Origin: Hormiphora californensis
Lineage: Eukaryota > Animalia > Ctenophora
NCBI GenBank assembly: GCA_020137815.1
Contig: CM035356.1
Coordinates: forward strand, 124,001-188,000
Reading direction: 5' to 3'
DNA: 64,000 nucleotides
Positions within the stretch are counted from its first letter, which is position 1, and the number at the start of each line of letters is the position of its first letter. Under the pieces are notes generated by a model. The model was given only the letters and a program-made list of their open reading frames with translations, ran no database searches and had not been told where the DNA came from. Below, piece after piece: positions 58,301-64,000 of the stretch. The position numbers and the translations under genes were made by a program.

Positions 58301-61300
58301 GATCAGATGATCCCTTTAGGATTGGATCACCACAGTGGGTAATTTTCCTGTGTGACCCTACAAAATGAAATATATGCCGTAGAAATCATATTTTTGGGCC
58401 AAAGTGACCTCTCCTAGACTAAAACCGTGCCTAGAAAGCGATTTAGACACTTTTCAGAGTGCTTAGATGCCACCTTTTTGAGATATTTGAAAAAAATTAA
58501 TTAGCTAATTAATAACTTGATTAAGTAAAAAACGTAACTTGGCTCAGGAACCACTTAGAGATCCAATTTTTGATGCAAATTGTCCGGAATGTGCATGTTT
58601 ATATAGGACTTATGAAGCAACATATGGCCTAAATCAAACCGTTTTTGAGTTATATGCCATTTTAGATCAGGCATTTTACACATAAAAGCCGAAAAAGCGA
58701 AAAAATCGCTTAAATTTCGCACTTTAAATGGCTATAAATTTCAAACGGGGGAAAAGTGGGGAATTCCCGCGACACTACAATGTTCCAAATTGTCCATAGA
58801 GTCAGAATATCACAATGAAAAGCTTGGCGTCGAGTGGCGAAGTAACTTTTTTTGGTCATTCATACCCTAAAAATAGCCTAAATTTGACACGCGCGACTGA
58901 GAAAAATCAGTTAGAGTAAGACATATTGAAACCTAGTCACTGAAAAGAACACAAAACAACCATCACGATACAAAAGAAATGAAAGAAAAAGAATGAAAGG
59001 TGTTGCAGTAGTGTGTACATGGATCTAAGCATATTTCACAGCCAAAATGAAAACCCACAATTTCCCTCAACTTCAAACTAACATAAAATCTGTAAATCTC
59101 AATATTTTTCGATGCGGTTTGTTTTACGTGAAACCTTGATTATTTTTACAATCGATATCCAAATTTCAGCAAATTTAAAGACAAATTTTTTTCCCACTTT
59201 GTAGGGTCGTTACCCACTGTGATCACATCCCACCCAGGATCAGATGATCCCTTTAGGATTGGATCACATCCCACCCAGGATCAGACCTCACATACTACCC
59301 ATCAGGCACTGTGTGGGATGTGATCCCCCTTATCGAGAGTTATAGATAGAGAGATAAAGATAAAGATAGAGAGAGGGGGGGGAGTGAGAAAGAGAGTAAC
59401 AGGCCCTTTTCGGCTGAAGGCTGAATTGCATCCAGTAGTTTTAGAAAGAAGGGACTCAATATATTCATGAATAACGGGGAGTGGAGAAATGCTAAATTGA
59501 TCCTCCGATTCAGAGAATCAAGCACGTGGACAGACGGGGAACTGGAAGGGGAATACGTGGAAATTATTATTCATTCATGCATTCCATGTTATAAAGCAAA
59601 CATTATTTTGGCTTTGTCACGTGTACAGGCCCTCTCTACAGGGCCACATCACGGGTGAACGTGAGTAAAATTTATAATAAAACACCATCACATAACGAAA
59701 TCTACTGACAGATCAGATATGTACCTGTGTCCGCTGACATTCATGACATCGTCAACACGACCAGTTAGCCAGATGTGCCCCTCGGCGTCTTTGTGACCTC
59801 CATCACCTGGAGGGATAGAACTGATGGTTTACCATGGTAGGCAAGTCGACACTCGACTTGGATAAATCCTAATGTCGAGGTGCTAATATCTGTTTTGATG
59901 GCGTTTCAGCCACAGTCCTTTCTGCACAGATTTCTCTGCAGTACAACGGGCGCCATCCCATGGCAATAAAAAGGTAGGTAAATCTAAAATTCCGGCATGG
60001 GCATGGCATGTGCCAGGGCCTCCTGCCACTCAGCTTGTATCGCTGCTGATCAATACTCTGTGTAGTTCATCTCTCTTGGAGGCCAGGGAGAATCTTCCCT
60101 CTGACAGTTTTCCATTGGAACCTCCAAGACATCCTCCTCATTCTCTGCCTCTATCTTCAACTCCACGACCTCTCCCTCACTGTCTACCTCCTCTACCTCC
60201 TCACTATCTGTCATCACCAGTATCTTCCCTCCTCATCCGAGTCTTCATCCTCTTCCTCAATAATGAGGCCCATGGACCCCATCATCCCCAATCCTGTCTC
60301 TGTTTCTCAGGGTGGAAGATGTTGAGAGGGACAACATGCTCATTATATACCACTGGACATGCCCACAACACCCTCTTTATCCTCTTCATGACATTCTGCT
60401 CCACATCTTCTTTCTTCCCCATCACATCTTCTTCTGCGATCTGCAAGGCAGTCTCCTCAATAGTATACATTCCTTGGATGTCTCATTCTCTGTAGGCTCC
60501 CTATATCACCCTGACAAGGCTCCTCCTTTCTTTGCTACACTCACCAATAATCATGGCAGCTACCCGGGTAGCCTACCCCAGCCATGCAACTTGCAATGAT
60601 AACGGTCGACTTGAAAGAGAACATGATAACAGTAGCTCGTGCAGGATTATACAAGACGAGATCACTAATGGACAATGGTACAACTCAGATTGTTTGCAAT
60701 TCTCTGCTATAGCACACTGCTGGCATCAATCCAATATAGTGCACGTAATGGCAAAAGGACGTGTAATTTACTCTGACCAACCTGAAAAGTAGTATCCCGG
60801 GTAGTCAGAGAAGTAGGTCTTGATATATCTGTCATGGTCCCCATAAACTGTCCTGGCAAGGCCGGGTGTTGGTTGGGCAATACACAGGTGACCACTCACA
60901 TCATTACCCTCGATTCTCTCCTGGGTAGTAAAGAACATATTATTAGTGTTGTATGAAACAACAGACCTGGTTTTAAACTATCCGAATTAAGGGACTCTTA
61001 CAAGTTTTAGAATTAAAGCAAAGCGGTGCTAAATAGATCTGTATTGTTATCACCTTAGTATCCGGGTTCATTAGGGCCACATCGACACCGTAGAAGGGTC
61101 TCATTGCAGCTCCGGGCTTGTAGTTTTCTGTGTGTGGTCCGGGTCGGGGTGTTATCATGATACCACCTGATATAAGGGTCGGGGGATAAACAGCATACCA
61201 CCTGATATTAGGGGGGGGGATAATGATTGATGAGAGTCTGACGTCTGTCGATAACTAACAGTTGAATTTAACACTATTCAACACAAGGAAGATATAGTTC

Positions 61301-63922
61301 ATGTACTGTTCCACACCTTGTACCAGCCTGAAACCAGCAACTAAACAGCACCAACCTGTCTCTGTTTGCCACCAAGTGTCAACAATTGGACACCGCCCTT
61401 CTCCAACCACATCATAGTACCACTGCCATGCCTTAGGGTTTATTGGCTCACCAACCGTTCCAAGAGTTCGCAAACTTGACCTGATTGGTGGTATGCATAT
61501 CAAAGGGAATAGTAACTTTACCACCCCGTGTTTTGGTTTTGGATGGTGGCTTGAATGTTGATATATGATATGAATGATACAAGAAGGTTCTGAGCAAATA
61601 GAAGTTCGAAATTCCAGGAATTTCGAACTTCGGATCGAAAATCTTATTACCCAGTTGAAATCAAATGTGAAGTCTTCTATAAACAAGGTGGTTGTAGGGA
61701 GTAACACTGTATGAAGCTCTGTTTCTAAGAATCCATGGGGCGAATGCTAGAGTAATATCATACTAACGCAGGTCACAGAACAAAGTTTTTAAGACAAAAC
61801 TCTTCCATTCTTACTACATGATGAATCATCATGTAGTAAGAATCATTGATGATTGGTGAATGTGAAACGTACCTATCATATTTGGTTACAAAGTCGTCAC
61901 TACTCTTCATCAGTAGTCTGATAGCTGTAGGTGCTCCGTAAAACTGGTTCATCTTTAGTCGCTCAACAGTTTCCCAGTATCGACCTAGATATATAGTGAG
62001 ATCAGGGGAACATGAATAGTCTCCCAATGGCTGTCAGATTACAGGTCGGGGCAGGATTCATAAGTTAGTTAGTTAGGGATATGGGACCCTCCAAGCGACG
62101 TTTTATGGAATTGGAATTATGAAGTTGGAATAATGGTAGTGCGTGATAAATGATTCATAAATCACGAGTAAGGGGGTGATCTATAATAATAAGCGTAATA
62201 TTCGACCTACCGAGAAACTTTCGTTCATTCCCCCCGTTCGGAAAGGGCCGTTCTGGGTATATTCTCGCTTCTTTCTTAGTACGGCGTAGCTGAAATACAA
62301 ACATGATCTAAAGATCATGTTTATTTTTCAGCCACGGCGCTCATCACTGCACTCACGCACAACCTGCACTGGACTCACGCACAGCCCCCCCCCCCCCAGA
62401 CAAACGCGACAAGTACTTTGTTTCTAGAATCCAGTTGTGTGAGCATTTAGCTTGTTTCTAGTTGGGAGGGGGGGTCACTGACAGTGATACAGCTGTACTT
62501 TGAGTAGAATAACGCATCTTCACTTTTTTCTAAGCTACTTCCAGTTTCCTCGCTCACGCTTGTTCTCTCTCGTCTTGTTCTCTCTCGTCTTGTTCTCTCT
62601 GTCTCCCTCTCTCTCTGTCTCTCTCGACTTGTTCTTTATTCTTTGAATGAGTCATGGCTGTACGTGGTTCTTTGCTTTTTCACGCGATCATTCATTCAAG
62701 TAGCTTAGTTGAACTTTTTGGGTTGATTAGTTCGGAGTTCCCTAAATTGTCCTCGATGTGGCCCTGAAATTATTATTATCTGTACCTGGGTCTGGGTAGG
62801 TGGGAACACTCTCAAACATCACTGTAGTTGCACCATTACTTAGGGGTCCGTACACCACATAACTGTGTCCTGTAGAGGGACTTGGTATTATTCCACACTT
62901 TTGATAAGGGGCATAGTGGCTACTATACCACCTGTTACCGCCCTTGTTACCTAATAATATCGTTCTAACTAGGCTATATAAACCTACCTGTAATCCATCC
63001 AACATCAGCCACGCACCCGTAAACATCACCCTGCTTGTAATCAAAGACCAGTTTGTGGGTTAGACCAGTGTAGGCCAGATATCCAGCTTGGGTATGAACC
63101 AGACCTGGTAGAGAATACTATAGTGGTTAGGCTTGTTATTGTACCACAGCCAGATGTTTTGGATGGATTGTATCACGTGATGCCCATATTATATGGTGTT
63201 GTGTATCACGTGATGCCCATATATGGTGCTGTAATACCTTTAGGAGCCCCAGTGCTGCCAGAAGTGTATAACATGAAAAGTGGATCTTCGCTGTTCATTA
63301 TCTCCGGATTACAATACGGACTTGCCTGGGCCATCTCCTGTAGGGTTGTGTGTGTGGATTAAATAACACTGCGAGTCACCATTATATGGGGGACATTTTT
63401 CTAAATTTAGAAGTGCCTTTCATGGCTCTATACTTTCTTATCACTTCAAAGCACATCTGTTTCTCATTACCCACCGATTCGAGGGGGACATCCTTGGGTG
63501 ATGATGTGTTGACTGCCCCTGTCCGGTCCATAACAAACACTTTCTCAATGGAGGGCGCCATTTTAACAGCATCGTCTACAACCTCCTTGAGAGGGATGAA
63601 CTTGCCCCCTCTAACACCCTGGTTGGAAAGAGCAACACTACTACTACTATAACGAGACTGTTACACCTTCGTGAACACTACACAGCCTCACAAACGGCCC
63701 GGTTCGGAGAAGGGCATTCTTTTGTGAGACACTCACGGAAATCCATGCTCCCAATTCTAAACTGTAGGGCCCAAGTAAAAGGCCCCCCTACCACTAATCA
63801 CCCTGTTTATCGATCATCACCTACCCTGTCAGCGGTGAATACAACTTTAGCCTGGGACTGCTCAAGTCTTTTCCCCAAGGCTTCTGCACTGAATCCAGCA
63901 AACACCACATTATGGACAGCAC
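55400..63922 (-). CDS. ACSS1: Acetyl-CoA synthetase, ACSS1-like; 5' part outside the window
   Basis: [103 protein letters not shown]. Confidence 0.92.
56183..57114. mobile_element. ~930-bp foldback palindrome in ACSS1 intron
   Basis: Arms of roughly 420-500 bp are reverse complements meeting near 56690; the right arm lacks a ~70-bp block. Confidence 0.9.
57213..57318. repeat. ~30-bp tandem repeat
   Basis: ACTTATAACACCCCCCAGTG..ATAAGTTTTC x3. Confidence 0.85.
58331..59221. mobile_element. Non-autonomous Transib-like element inserted in a ~41-bp minisatellite
   Basis: CACAGTGGGTAA at both ends; 5-bp TSD ATCAC (58326-58330, 59222-59226); the repeat CCCAGGATCAGATGATCCCTTTAGGATTGGATCACATCCCA continues on both sides. 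Confidence 0.88.
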
Positions 63923-64000
63923 CTGTTCAAATAGTGTTATAATACCACGAGTTGCAAAATAATTGCCCCCGTGCATGTCGGTAAATCGGGGACTGTCTAT

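Noticed and set aside
57213-59290. CRISPR-like arrays
   Set aside because: Head-to-tail repeats without unique spacers, in a eukaryotic intron.

Overview
Eukaryotic, intron-rich, transposon-dense DNA, most probably from a cydippid ctenophore (Pleurobrachia/Hormiphora-like). This is inferred from a 35-42 nt motif I recognise from memory as the ctenophore spliced leader (SL) and from a Pleurobrachia-type dispersed repeat at 50993-51090. Host genes reconstructed by hand from splice sites: FBXO8 (-), VAMP7 (-), an SV2/SVOP-like MFS transporter (+), a DED-TIR-like-FHA-like protein (+) with a nested antisense GPCR, an integrin alpha (-), PPIL4 (-), a Kv channel (+) and ACSS1 (-, runs off the right end). 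Mobile DNA: an intact hAT transposon, non-autonomous piggyBac, Tc1/mariner, Mutator-like, Transib and Helentron-like (HINE) elements, a Penelope element with a hammerhead, a HERO-like RLE fragment, a CR1 fragment and a full-length L2-group LINE. Main finding: three unrelated retroposed inserts (full LINE, ORF1-only element, 102-bp hammerhead-like insert) all start with the SL, joined exactly at its terminal AG. This suggests retroelements that cycle through SL trans-splicing. Also notable: a Transib-like element with RSS-like 12/22 ends, a candidate -1 frameshift in the LINE, and a structured RNA in the HERO 3' UTR. All calls come from reading the sequence; no database searches were run.
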